Shown: positions 52,030 to 64,000 of the stretch, one piece after another | Layout of the letters: every line of letters starts with the position of its first letter | Numbering within the stretch: the stretch's first letter is position 1 | Assembly (NCBI RefSeq): GCF_001194135.2 | Contig: NC_068985.1 | Span: 28,547,353-28,611,352 of the forward strand | DNA from: Octopus bimaculoides | Taxonomy: Eukaryota | Reading direction: 5' to 3' | Length of the DNA: 64,000 nucleotides | Notes under the pieces: generated by a model | The model's input: the letters and a program-made list of their open reading frames with translations, nothing else | What the model was told of the DNA's origin: nothing | Database searches by the model: none | Position numbers and translations under genes: made by a program

Positions 52030-52200
52030 TAGTATGCTATCTCCCGCCTTCAGGTTGCCTCCATTCAGTTCAGATCGACAGAGCATCTCCACTCTCCAAA
52101 TGTACTTCGACGTGATCTTGTTTTTCGACTTGTCTTTCTCTAATGTTCTTATCCTCCAGAAGTTCTACGCCATTGTTGTCGGCTTTACTACTTCTCGTTA
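52030..52200 (-). mobile_element. Decayed R4/Dong-like LINE fragment, end of RT domain
   Basis: Across a frameshift the minus strand gives LLEDKNIRERQV / KNKITSKYIWRVEMLCRSELNGGNL, resembling the EY.RRV..L.KSELN.GN motif. Confidence 0.55.
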
Positions 52201-52570
52201 TTTCCTGGTCAGCGCTTTTATCTAGACAAAACGACGTGGGGAATATCTTGTGAGAAAATTTGCGCGATCTGAACAAGTGAGTCAAGTTGATTCCTTGCTC
52301 GTAAATCTTTAAATCGAACATGAAGTGGAAGTAGTTAATTGGTCTTAAGTTCTGCAGTCTGTAATCAGAAAACTATGAGACTAATGTAGAATTTTATTTT
52401 GTGTTTAAACAAACAAAAGAAAAATCTATAGATTTCGTCACTGATGTGTCTAACTGCGACCGAGAGAGAAAGACAAGGATGGATGAAAGAGACTGCCAGA
52501 CGTATAGGTAGTTAGTTGGATAAATATAGATAAGTAGGTAGACACACAAACAGAATAGATTAGATTAGAT

Positions 52571-52680
<110 letters not shown>

Positions 52681-52687
52681 TACAGAC

Positions 52688-52744
<57 letters not shown>

Positions 52745-53954
52745 TGGGAAGTGTTAAAACGTGAGACAGTATCAGTTGGTGAGTTAGAAGATAAAAAAGA
52801 TTGAAGAAAAACAATCTGATATTTAATGTGTGTGTGTGCATGTGGACATACAAATACACACACATATACACTCACACATATGTACGCACATATGTACGCA
52901 CATTTATATGCATCATATTGCCTTCATTGATTTCTTACCTCTTTCTACTTCCCTTCCTGTCCACGTATTTTTTTATATCTTATGCCCTGTTGATAGGTTT
53001 TCACTCTCCTCACTTCCACACGTACCTATACATGTAATATATTATATCTATGTATATGTATACATACATACATATATATATANNNNNNNNNNNNNNNNNN
53101 NNNNNNNNNNNNNNNNNNNNNNNNNNNNNNNNNNNNNNNNNNNNNNNNNNNNNNNNNNNNNNNNNNNNNNNNNNNNNNNNNNNNNNNNNNNNNNNNNNNN
53201 NNNNNNNNNNNNNNNNNNNNNNNNNNNNNNNNNNNNNNNNNNNNNNNNNNNNNNNNNNNNNNNNNNNNNNNNNNNNNNNNNNNNNNNNNNNNNNNNNNNN
53301 NNNNNNNNNNNNNNNNNNNNNNNNNNNNNNNNNNNNNNNNNNNNNNNNNNNNNNNNNNNNNNNNNNNNNNNNNNNNNNNNNNNNNNNNNNNNNNNNNNNN
53401 NNNNNNNNNNNNNNNNNNNNNNNNNNNNNNNNNNNNNNNNNNNNNNNNNNNNNNNNNNNNNNNNNNNNNNNNNNNNNNNNNNNNNNNNNNNNNNNNNNNN
53501 NNNNNNNNNNNNNNNNNNNNNNNNNNNNNNNNNNNNNNNNNNNNNNNNNNNNNNNNNNNNNNNNNNNNNNNNNNNNNNNNNNNNNNNNNNNNNNNNNNNN
53601 NNNNNNNNNNNNNNNNNNNNNNNNNNNNNNNNNNNNNNNNNNNNNNNNNNNNNNNNNNNNNNNNNNNNNNNNNNNNNNNNNNNNNNNNNNNNNNNNNNNN
53701 NNNNNNNNNNNNNNNNNNNNNNNNNNNNNNNNNNNNNNNNNNNNNNNNNNNNNNNNNNNNNNNNNNNNNNNNNNNNNNNNNNNNNNNNNNNNNNNNNNNN
53801 NNNNNNNNNNNNNNNNNNNNNNNNNNNNNNNNNNNNNNNNNNNNNNNNNNNNNNNNNNNNNNNNNNNNNNNNNNNNNNNNNNNNNNNNNNNNNNNNNNNN
53901 NNNNNNNNNNNNNNNNNNNNNNNNNNNNNATATATATATATATATATATATATA

Positions 53955-54120
53955 TACGACGGGCTTCTTTCAGTTTCCGTCTACCAAATCCACTCACAAC
54001 GCTTTGGTCAGCCCGAGACTATAGTAGAAGACACTTGCCCAAAGTGCCACGCAGTGGGACTGAACCCTGAACCATGTGGTTCGTAGGCAAGCGACTTAAC
54101 ACACAGCCACTCCTACGCCT
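53955..54120 (-). mobile_element. SINE family A, head (body lost in gap)
   Basis: cttctttcagtttccgtctaccaaatccactcac...acacagccactcctacgcct. Confidence 0.85.
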
Positions 54121-54843
54121 ATGAACCTCTTGTTTATTATCTTATTCTAGTGGACACCATAGCTATACGATGTTTGAAACAGTTATAATAGCCTTCTGAA
54201 AATTTACGAATTTGCACTCCTGTGAGATATTATTTTTGTCTCTCATTGACTCGTCTATATGGTAGCTTGACTTACAAGAAATAACACTACATTTTCCTTA
54301 AATTACATTCTACCATATTAGAAAAAAACGGGTATTGTATTTCTTGTAGTCATAGATGTAGAAATGAAAAGAAGATTTAATGATCACATTTGAAATGATT
54401 TTGCTCAAAGCTGGAGAACAGCAGGGAAATAATATTTTCCAAATATATTTTGCAGTACTCTATATTTATGGCTTCATCTTACTAAAATCACTTGAAATAT
54501 TTCTTCTTTTTTTCTTTCTAATAAAAAGTCAATTTTCAAAATAAACATTATCGCATGAACACATTTCTCGAAATAATATCAAAAATACAATTTTTTTTAA
54601 ACATCGAGATATTTTTGTTGACCTAAGCAATAAATTTTTATACAAGATATTTCGAGCTGAAGGTATGGCGTAGTGAACTACGTAACTGATGTTTTCATTT
54701 TTATTTTTGTCTTCAGTAGAATGTTCATTCTTACATTGCTTATCTCCAGGTTAGACCTGACTGAGTTGATCTATGACCGACAATAATTTAAGTTTCCTTC
54801 CTACTAACTTATATTCTAGCACTTCATTCATCTAACACTACAT

Positions 54844-54985
54844 CAGTGGTTTTCTACTGGGAGCCATATGACTACTGGGGGTCCATATAAGATTGGGAGG
54901 GTGGGCACGCCCGCAAAATAGTAAATTGAAGATCCCTAGTAGCATTTTAAGGATCCATAAAAAAATTTTGCTCACCATGTATTTA
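54844..54985. mobile_element. hAT-like MITE remnant (left end), same family as 5290-5615
   Basis: Starts cagtggttttt and shares internal motifs with the 5.3-5.4 kb copy. Confidence 0.5.
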
Positions 54986-56075
54986 TTTCCAGAAACAGCT
55001 AGGTTTCAAAGCTTAACGTGTTTCCAGTCACTGAAACGTTCTCTCAGGAGGAAGAGGATAGTGTGTAGGATAATATAGCAAAAACGATGGAGTATACGTG
55101 ATAATATCGCCGTGTATAAAAATACTTATTTTGCATCTCAGTTTTTTTCATATGAGTTCACTAGTTACATTTTCTTTGTTTTGGTTTGTTCTTGCTTTTC
55201 TTTCTTCTTATAGTTGTTATTGTTATTATCGCCATCGTTGATACCAAGCAAGATATAGCATATGCAAAACCTGGTATTTGAGTCAATTTGTTGGACGAAA
55301 TCAATATAAACTTCATTTATCTATTAATGTCTATTCTGTTTTCAGTTTTCACTTATTCAGACTAGTAGAAGTCATTTTATCAATTTCAACTTCATAGAAA
55401 CACTAAACATTATCTCCAACCAATTCAAAAGCTTTGTTAATATTGTAGCATGCTTAGTACCGTTTTCCTTTTGTTCATTGTTATTGTAGTCCAACTTAAA
55501 CGGCATTTGCTTTTGTTGTCCGTTTACATGTGTACACTGTCACCGGACTCAAACCAAACAAGGCTCTATTGAATCTATATTGTCGATAATCTGCTGATTA
55601 AATCGTTTTCTAGATTACTGAGTAATCAAACACTCATTTTCGAGTTCAAGTAGGACAGGACAGATATAAATATTAATGCAGTTTTCCGATGCAGATGGTG
55701 CGTTCTCTTTCAAAGACATTGATTAAAAAAAAAACTATCCGCTATCTTATGACAGCATATTGGCAGTGTAGTTTCTTTTTCAGTTCTTTTATTCATTTTA
55801 TTTTAAACTTTTTATGCTTTATATATGTATCCGATTTCAATATTTCTATTCCATTATCTCAGTATGATATATCATACATATGTTTCTGTTATCTCATTGT
55901 ATATATATCATTGAGAGCAACTTCTGACAGCACGATGTTGCAATTAGGTTCCGAATCAAGACTGTTGTACCTCTGTTTTAATTAAACGCATAATTACTTC
56001 CAGAAAAGCAGTCCAGGATGTTACACAAATTAATTTCAGCTTTCCTATAAACTTGATACTGTGCGTCTGTAATAA

Positions 56076-56121
<46 letters not shown>

Positions 56122-57253
56122 TACTATTGCATCTGACAAAACCATCTGTTGAAGGGGTAAGTCGATTGTATCGACTTAGTGTGCGATGTGTTGTTAGAAT
56201 TTAATCTATGGACAAAGAAATAAATGGAAATTTTACCGGTATGTGTGTTAAATTATAAGGCAATAAAAGAGAATGACTCTCCCCAGACACAACAGAATAT
56301 GCTTCGACACACGAACTCACATAAAGAATCTTGCAAACCAAATCCAAAAACGAAATAAAAAGTTTCTTTTTCATATATTCCGGAGGTAAAAAAAAAAAAC
56401 TGCTCTTTACAGAACTTTCAGACTTGGTGGAAGGATGACATTCTGAAACCAGAGACCTGGCCTGAATACCTACAATAGAGTGGACTGCGCCAAAGGCAGC
56501 CAAAGTGCTAGGTGATGACGTTAACTCCATGAAATAGTTACGTCTATACTCCAAGAAGGTCATGGCGAGACTTGAACCAAAAATGTACAAAATCAGAACA
56601 AATGCCGCAAGGCATAAGTTCAGCTGTTCTTACTTCTCCGCTAGACCACCACCCTGGATTTAGTACATTTCTCATTGACTCTGAAAAACAATAAGACGAA
56701 ATTAACACTCATGTGATTTGAATCCAGAGTAAAGTGACAAATACCGAGTGTCCTCAATCCGACTCTCAAACGACTCCTGCAATTTCCCGATTATAAGTAC
56801 TAGAAGAATACAATGAATTGATTTGCCATGATGAACAGAAGATATCTAACACTTTAGGTAGCACCCTCATCAAGGTGTGATGCTGTCGATAGTACCAAAT
56901 AGATAGATTGAGATTCGTTTCAATCAGAAAACACCACCTTCTGACAAGTTGTATTGCTGGAATTGTTTGCCATTTCTTCGTTTACACGGGAAATCGGTAT
57001 ATTCCAATTTTGAACCGTTTATGTTCTACTGCTTCTTAATGTAGATCATAACAAGCTTTCTGTAGATCAACAATGTGGTTACTTTATTAAATAGCATCCC
57101 TGGATGAGATTCTAGATATTACGAAAAAAAACAAAAACTATGTAAAAATTTAGTCCGGTGTTCTACCGTATCTGCTTTCAACTGTTTAAAATCCTCCACT
57201 GGATGTTAAAAAAGAAATTTATAGCTGGTAGATATATTTGTACATAATACATG

Positions 57254-57329
<76 letters not shown>

Positions 57330-58032
57330 NNNNNNNNNNNNNNNNNNNNNNNNNNNNNNNNNNNNNNNNNNNNNNNNNNNNNNNNNNNNNNNNNNNNNNN
57401 NNNNNNNNNNNNNNNNNNNNNNNNNNNNNNNNNNNNNNNNNNNNNNNNNNNNNNNNNNNNNNNNNNNNNNNNNNNNNNNNNNNNNNNNNNNNNNNNNNNN
57501 NNNNNNNNNNNNNNNNNNNNNNNNNNNNNNNNNNNNNNNNNNNNNNNNNNNNNNNNNNNNNNNNNNNNNNNNNNNNNNNNNNNNNNNNNNNNNNNNNNNN
57601 NNNNNNNNNNNNNNNNNNNNNNNNNNNNNNNNNNNNNNNNNNNNNNNNNNNNNNNNNNNNNNNNNNNNNNNNNNNNNNNNNNNNNNNNNNNNNNNNNNNN
57701 NNNNNNNNNNNNNNNNNNNNNNNNNNNNNNNNNNNNNNNNNNNNNNNNNNNNNNNNNNNNNNNNNNNNNNNNNNNNNNNNNNNNNNNNNNNNNNNNNNNN
57801 NNNNNNNNNNNNNNNNNNNNNNNNNNNNNNNNNNNNNNNNNNNNNNNNNNNNNNNNNCAACACAATCAAATCAAGTTGTTATTGCATTCTGTTTTGTTAT
57901 TCCTCGTCCTAATAAAGAAGACATAATTAATTAAACATATGAAAGAAGCTTTCAATTTCCATTAGTTATTTATTTTTACTTCTTTATTTGTTATTGTTAT
58001 TATTATTATCACAATTATCATCATCATCATCA

Positions 58033-58105
<73 letters not shown>

Positions 58106-58124
58106 CATCATCATCATTATTACG

Positions 58125-58205
58125 TTGAGCGAAATCCTTATAGGTATTGCATCTGTCGCTACGTTCTGAGTTCAAATTTTGTCGAGGTCGACTCTGCTTT
58201 CATAT
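58125..58205 (+). mobile_element. SINE family B fragment
   Basis: gtcgctacgttctgagttcaaattttgtcgaggtcgactctgctttcat. Confidence 0.65.
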
Positions 58206-58427
58206 TGTTGTTGTTGTTGTCGTTGTTGTTGTTATATCTTTATCACATGTTTTGTTGTTATTATTATTATAATTGCTATTTAACAAATTTGCTGTTGGGT
58301 CGCAAATATTGCAAAGCATTTAAGTTTTATAAAAGCTATAATAGAAATTTTACATACTATTTATTTAGCATTACTCACGACTTTATTTGATTCCCCTATT
58401 TTTGTTTCTTTATTAACCTTATCATTA

Positions 58428-58650
58428 GGGCAGTTGAATCGTTAGAACACCGGAAGAAATGCTTAGCGACTTTTCGTCCATTTTTAGGTTCTGAATTCAA
58501 ATTCCTCCGAGGTCGACTTTGCCAGTCATCCTTCCGGGGTTGATAAATTAAGTACCAGTGAAACAGTGAGGTCGATGTTAATGACTAGTCGCCTCCCCAC
58601 AAATTTCAGGCCTTGTATCATTACTAGATTGAATTAGCATTATTATTGTT
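58428..58650 (+). mobile_element. SINE family B
   Basis: gaatcgttagaacaccgg...gaattcaaattc...aaatttcaggccttgt...attattatt. Confidence 0.8.
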
Positions 58651-58723
58651 ATCATTTTCCGATTGAATTGCATGTTAGTTCATTTTCCGACCGGGTCTCA
58701 ATCAGAGACTTAAAGCACGTATA

Positions 58724-58905
58724 CAGCAATCCCTCGCCATATCACGGTTTATTATCTCTGTTTTGCATTTATAATAAAATAAATATATACAAATTATTAA
58801 AATTATTTTAAAAAATATATACAGCACACTACTGTTTCTATTTCACGGATTTTCACCTATTGCGTGGGGTGGAACGTAACTCCCGCGATACTCGAGGGAT
58901 TACCG
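58724..58905. mobile_element. pogo/Tigger-like MITE, 182 bp, TA TSD
   Basis: TIRs cagcaatccctcgccatatcacgg and ccgcgatactcgagggattaccg, TA on both sides. Confidence 0.8.
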
Positions 58906-61489
58906 TATATTAGATGAAGAGAAACATCATGAGAATGTGGACGGTTGATGTCAGCACATTTCTTTTAGTCTCATAGATTGTTGTTTTCCCAGGAATCTGG
59001 TCTTCCATATTTTAAAAAATCAGTGATAATTAAGCTTATCACTCGTTTATCTCCTAAGCACTTCTACTCCATCAAAGAAAAACAAAAGTATGTCTTTTAC
59101 TTCTCAGTATATTAAAACAAAAACTAATCGAAAACGATGAGAGATACCTTTCAGTAATGAGTGAATTTTAATTTTTCCTAACTTGCTACAGCTGTTGTTT
59201 AGCCCCTGGTCTGCACTGGTCGATGAAAGATGGTTTAGGCATAGCCAGATTAGATTAGACTACTTTAAATCAAAGCATAGTATATCTTCAACTACATTAT
59301 GTTTCCTTATTGAATATAGTCCGATATCATTTGAAGAAGTTTTGGTCTTTTTATTTTTAGGACAAGCGGCCAATAACGTAGCAGCTTCTGTTATTGGCTC
59401 GCCTAAATTGTTGAATTAAGAAATAAATCTATAGAATTATGTCTAAAAGGAAACGGATGGCTAGAGCATGGAAAAGACATGAAGGAAATATGGAAAATAT
59501 TTTAATCGATCGCAAATGTGAATCTAAAACGCGTCAAAAATAGCATTTAACACTGGGCGGTATTTTAAATTAATGAATCCAATAAAACGCATGACTATGG
59601 AATGTATAATGTCAATATGCATTACAATTTTTCCTGTTATTGTTGTTGTTTTGTTTTGTTTGTTTTTACTGAAAGCAAACTCACTGAAATAGATTGATCT
59701 GAAATTAGTCATAGAATTCGAACTCATAACAGATACGGGCAACAATAGAAATAATAAACAATAAACAATTTTAATTAAAATCAAACATGAAATGTGTGAA
59801 TTGTCTGTTTAGATTGATGCTTTATTAGTTTGAGGAAATAATGAAATTAGAGCTGTGATGGTTACGCCTTTCCGAGAATAACAACGGTACGGATCAACGA
59901 AGCACCTCAATCTACTAGCAGTAACTGACAAACTATCTCCAATCCTAGCTCACTGAGTTAAACAATGATACTGAATAATGTAATTCTAGACATTCCTAAA
60001 TGATAGAATGGTCATAACTGGGATACTTTTGACAATAGGTTTCTACTTGGTCAATAATGATCTACGACTAAACACCACCGACACCAAAAGCCACAACAAT
60101 ATTAGGAATGTGAATCAAAATTTGTAAGCTAGCGCGCAAAGAAAACCGTTTGGTGGTTCATCATCTTCTAAAGAAGGCGTTCTTCTTAAATTTGTAAAAC
60201 ATATATAGTATTTCGAAACTGGTCCATGGTAGCATTACTAACTAGACCCTATTTAACTGCTTACAAGTTTTGTCACTGAATTATTTATATCAATTTCTAT
60301 GTGTTACTCAATAGACATGACTAGCGCTTGCTAGTTGAGTAACGTTACCTAGTGGAATAGTTAAATTTAGAAGTTTAGGTTGGTGCAACTATCCAAATAA
60401 CAGCTTTCTAAAGGATAGAAATTAAGGATTGTCAATAAGCAGCAGTTATGTTACATCGTATCACTTCTGTAGTTAGCTAATCGATAAGAAAGCTTTTTAA
60501 ATGTATTTTAGATCAAATTTAGATATGTAAACAGTATAACTTTAACTAGTCATAATAGTGGAACTAGTAGTGTAACAAGTGGTCGGGCGTGCTTACTATT
60601 TAGAAGAAAGCTCAACCAAATATTTAAAATTAAGTATAAAACTTGTGGAAAATAATTGTAGTAAAATACTGTTTTTAACACCGGTAGCAGAAATGAAACC
60701 AAGATGCTTATGTGACATTAAATAAACCAATTACGATGATTTATATTGTTAGAGAAATTCAAGCAAGTGTAAATTGTAACAGACATGGAGGGAGAACAAT
60801 GTAAATGATGTAAGTGGAGCATATCAGTTGGAACAAGGTCAGTGTAGTGTAGAATGAAATATCATACTTAATAAGGATAAAAGTCGATCAATGGTAATAA
60901 TATGGCTATTGTAAGCTATTGTAATTAATTACATTGCTATGCATGATTTATTCAACCTTGACCTTTGTTAAAATTCACATCGCTTAATTTTTAATCCAAT
61001 TTCACTTGAATCGTCCAATTAACTCATGAATTATGCAAAACTCTCGACACTAATCACTATCTCTACTTATGCAATCGTATGGTTTCAAAGAGAAAGAAGC
61101 CAATACCTGGCAAGTCGAGATAACGATGTAATTTCGAGAAGATATCGCTTAACAGAACGGCTAGGACCATCTCCATTTCTTCTCTTAAGAACATAATGAA
61201 AATTGCTCTCTGCTCAAGGCGATGTCGATATATTAAACCTTGCTCTTTTGTTCTTGAATGAAAGACTCCGGCAGAAACACATTTTTTCTAGTCACGCAGT
61301 TATCTACCAAATTTTTTACTTGGTCAGGTGGTTCACATTTAGCATCTCTTTATTACTATAGCAGTAGTGAAAGAAACTTTGCTGTATTTTTCATTTCTTA
61401 ACTTAATTTTGAAAAATAGAGAGTTTGTGCTTTTGTACGTGTACTTGCTGTTGACAACCATACAGTTAGAATTGTTCGAACCAATGTCG

Positions 61490-61750
61490 CTGTTATCTGT
61501 CAAGAAGTAACAATTCTCAGAAGGAGGTGAAGATGCTGTCAAAGTATAAGGACTTTGAAACTGAAGTAAGCGGGATACGAAGCATGCCTGTGAATACAAC
61601 ACCAATTATAACTGGAGTAAAAGATATGGTGAAAGAAATCATTTATCGACATACTGGGCACACAAAGTTACACACATTAGGAAAAACAAACAATTTCCCT
61701 GATGGACACAGCCCATATAGTAACTGAAACAGCACACTCTCTGCTCAGTA
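61490..61750 (+). mobile_element. Decayed R4/Dong-like (RLE) non-LTR retrotransposon, C-terminal fragment
   Basis: KEVKMLSKYKDFETEVSGIRSMPVNTTPIITGVKDMVK resembles the KE..KLSKYKDLEIE....W.....PVI.GALG.VK motif of RLE domains (recalled family motif, not searched). Confidence 0.65.
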
Positions 61751-61857
61751 CGTAAACTATACCATATTAAACCCCACCCAATTAAATAACACACTAACAC
61801 GATTAGAAATATAAAATAACGAAAAATTATGCTAACGATTTTGCTAGCCCACGGCCT

Positions 61858-62043
61858 TCATAATTATCCTTTCTCCTATAGGTACAAGGCTTGAAATTTG
61901 GTGGGAGGAAGAGACCGATTACATCGATCCCAGTGCTAAAATGAAAAGTCGACTCCGGCGGCACTTGAGCGGAGAACGTAAAGACAGATGAAACACTGCT
62001 TGGCATTTTGTCTTGTAGGGTTACGATTCTGCCAGCTCGCCTT
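61858..62043 (-). mobile_element. SINE family B with internal deletion
   Basis: acgattctgccagctcgcc head end and tcctttctcctataggtacaaggc tail (reverse complement). Confidence 0.75.
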
Positions 62044-62045
62044 TG

Positions 62046-62106
<61 letters not shown>

Positions 62107-62235
62107 TAATAATAATGCAAGATCACGAAGAAGAAGAAGAAGAAGAAGAAGAAGAAGAAGAAGAAGAAGAAGAAGAAGAAGAAGAAGAAGAAGAAGAAGA
62201 AGAAGAAGAAGAAGAAGAAGAAGAAGAAGAAGAGG
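62046..62235. repeat. (AAT)n followed by (GAA)n microsatellite
   Basis: Read directly from the sequence. Confidence 0.95.
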
Positions 62236-63928
62236 AGGGAGATGGGGAGGGTAGGAGAAGGAGGAAAGGGGGTAGTATGAGGAGGGGAGTCTTACATAAC
62301 CTTGTAGCTTAAGGTTTTGGGGCGTTGAAAAGTATTGATACGAACAATACGTTTCATCTTCCGTTCTCGTTTTGTTTGGTTTTGGTTTTGGTTTTGTTTT
62401 GTTTTTTCATGGAGAAATGTAACTGCGCAAATTTGCATCTGTGAAGAAAACAACGAAAAACAATTATAACAATTACTTTCGATTAGGGTGAACACCAAAT
62501 ATATTGAATATAAAAGGAAAGAATATAATCAATTGAATCTCTTCATGCGTATTCGCTGCATTTATATACCCAACACATGAGTAAAGAAAGGCAAGATCTC
62601 ATTTGAATTCAGAAAAAAGTGAGATTCTAAACAAGATAATGTAAATGATTTACGCTGACACCTAGTAACATGCACCATCTTCACAAACGGCAATAGTAAC
62701 AAGTAATAAAATTCTATTTATGGAAAGGTTTCAAAAACAACTCAATGGCTGATAACGAATACGATATATGCTATAAACAACTTTTCCTGAATGCGATAGC
62801 TGATTGGTTAAAGATCTTATTTTATTTTCTCCATCTATCTCTCTTTCTTTCTTTTTTTATTTTCTTTTTCCAGCCTCTTAGTAGTTTACAACTTGTAAAT
62901 CAAAGCCGTCTGACTACTGTTGATCATGCATATATATATATATCATTTTCAACTATTTTTCGGCCTAATCTTCATTTATTCGTCGATCACTGTTGCATAT
63001 CTTTACTCTACTATTCGCCATTCTTCTTTCTACATACTATCATGCTGAAATAACTTCTTTTGACAGGCTTTCCGTATTATAATTTATTGTGCTCCAATTT
63101 TGTGCTTCTGCAAGAATGAATAATGCAAATTACAAAATAGTTAAACTTGGTTAGCCTATTCTTGAAATTCGAAATGGATAAACGGAAAAAATTCCTGAAT
63201 ATTCAGTTTCCTTTGTCTAGGCACAAAACCCAATATTTTTAGGTGAAATCGAAATCTGTATATTACAGTATTAAATATAAAGGAGTCAAATCAACCAAAA
63301 CGGACATTGAATTAGTAATAACAAGACATTGAGCCTGTTTAGCACAGGTCTATAATGAAAGTTCTTCCAGATGTGGTTATCACATGTTTTTAGGTATTTT
63401 AAGGTTACATATTAAGTGCTAGTTTTTTAGACTTTTCTTTTCAAGTCGATACGATATATTTGTTGAAGAGATATTCAGGTATTTAGCTATTATTTTCGGC
63501 AAATCGAGGGAATGCGTGGATAGAACCGAAACATATTAATAATAGGTTATTACCTCTGTTGCAGCATATAACATCTTAAATACAGATTCTATTTTCTTGA
63601 GTCGGGTTTTTATTGAAAGGTATAGAAATTGTTAGTCTTTCTGAAGTAATAAATAAAAAAAAGAGACATTTGCTTTCCAATTCACCCAGAGAATATATAC
63701 GTACTCACAAACATACAAATATATATATGTGCGTGTGTATACACACACACACACACACATATGCATAGATGCTGTGTAAATAACGGTCCGGACCGGCCAA
63801 CATTTTAACATAGCTGTTATGTCATAGCATATGAACGAAAATGACACTTGTCTATAATAAGCTTACAGAATTATAGTTGAACTATAATCATCATCATCAT
63901 CATTCTTTTTCATCATCTTCTTCTTCTT

Positions 63929-64000
<72 letters not shown>

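Noticed and set aside
56411-56640. Exon-like, coding-looking segment after tttacag
   Set aside because: All three frames hit stops early; possibly a decayed transposon fragment that I cannot assign.
60783-60837. Plus-strand exon TWRENNVNDVSGAYQLEQ
   Set aside because: Weak acceptor and no recognisable homology.

Overview
AT-rich eukaryotic non-coding DNA, broken by many N gaps and saturated with microsatellites. The repeat families look like an octopod (Octopus-like) draft genome; this is inferred from the repeats, not from a search. No complete protein-coding gene is supported, and almost all long ORFs in the track are microsatellite or N-gap artefacts. Supported content: at least four tRNA-derived SINE families, a truncated mariner transposase pseudogene, an RTE LINE 3' fragment with an 11-bp TSD, decayed R4/Dong-like LINE fragments, several MITEs and a few weak candidate exons. 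The main result is a set of minimal hammerhead ribozyme (HHR) motifs. Two diverged copies of a roughly 350-nt non-coding element (35505-35934 on +, 11611-12145 on -) each carry a complete type I HHR with compensatory stem changes. Each copy is longer than one unit (terminal redundancy), and both end at the same 3' position next to a microsatellite, which fits a retrozyme-like or non-autonomous Penelope-like element. Other HHR or HHR-remnant families lie in fold-back structures near 28.3, 34.2 and 47.9 kb, and singly near 26.4, 36.1 and 38.6 kb. Repeat boundaries were read by eye and are approximate unless exact motifs are given.
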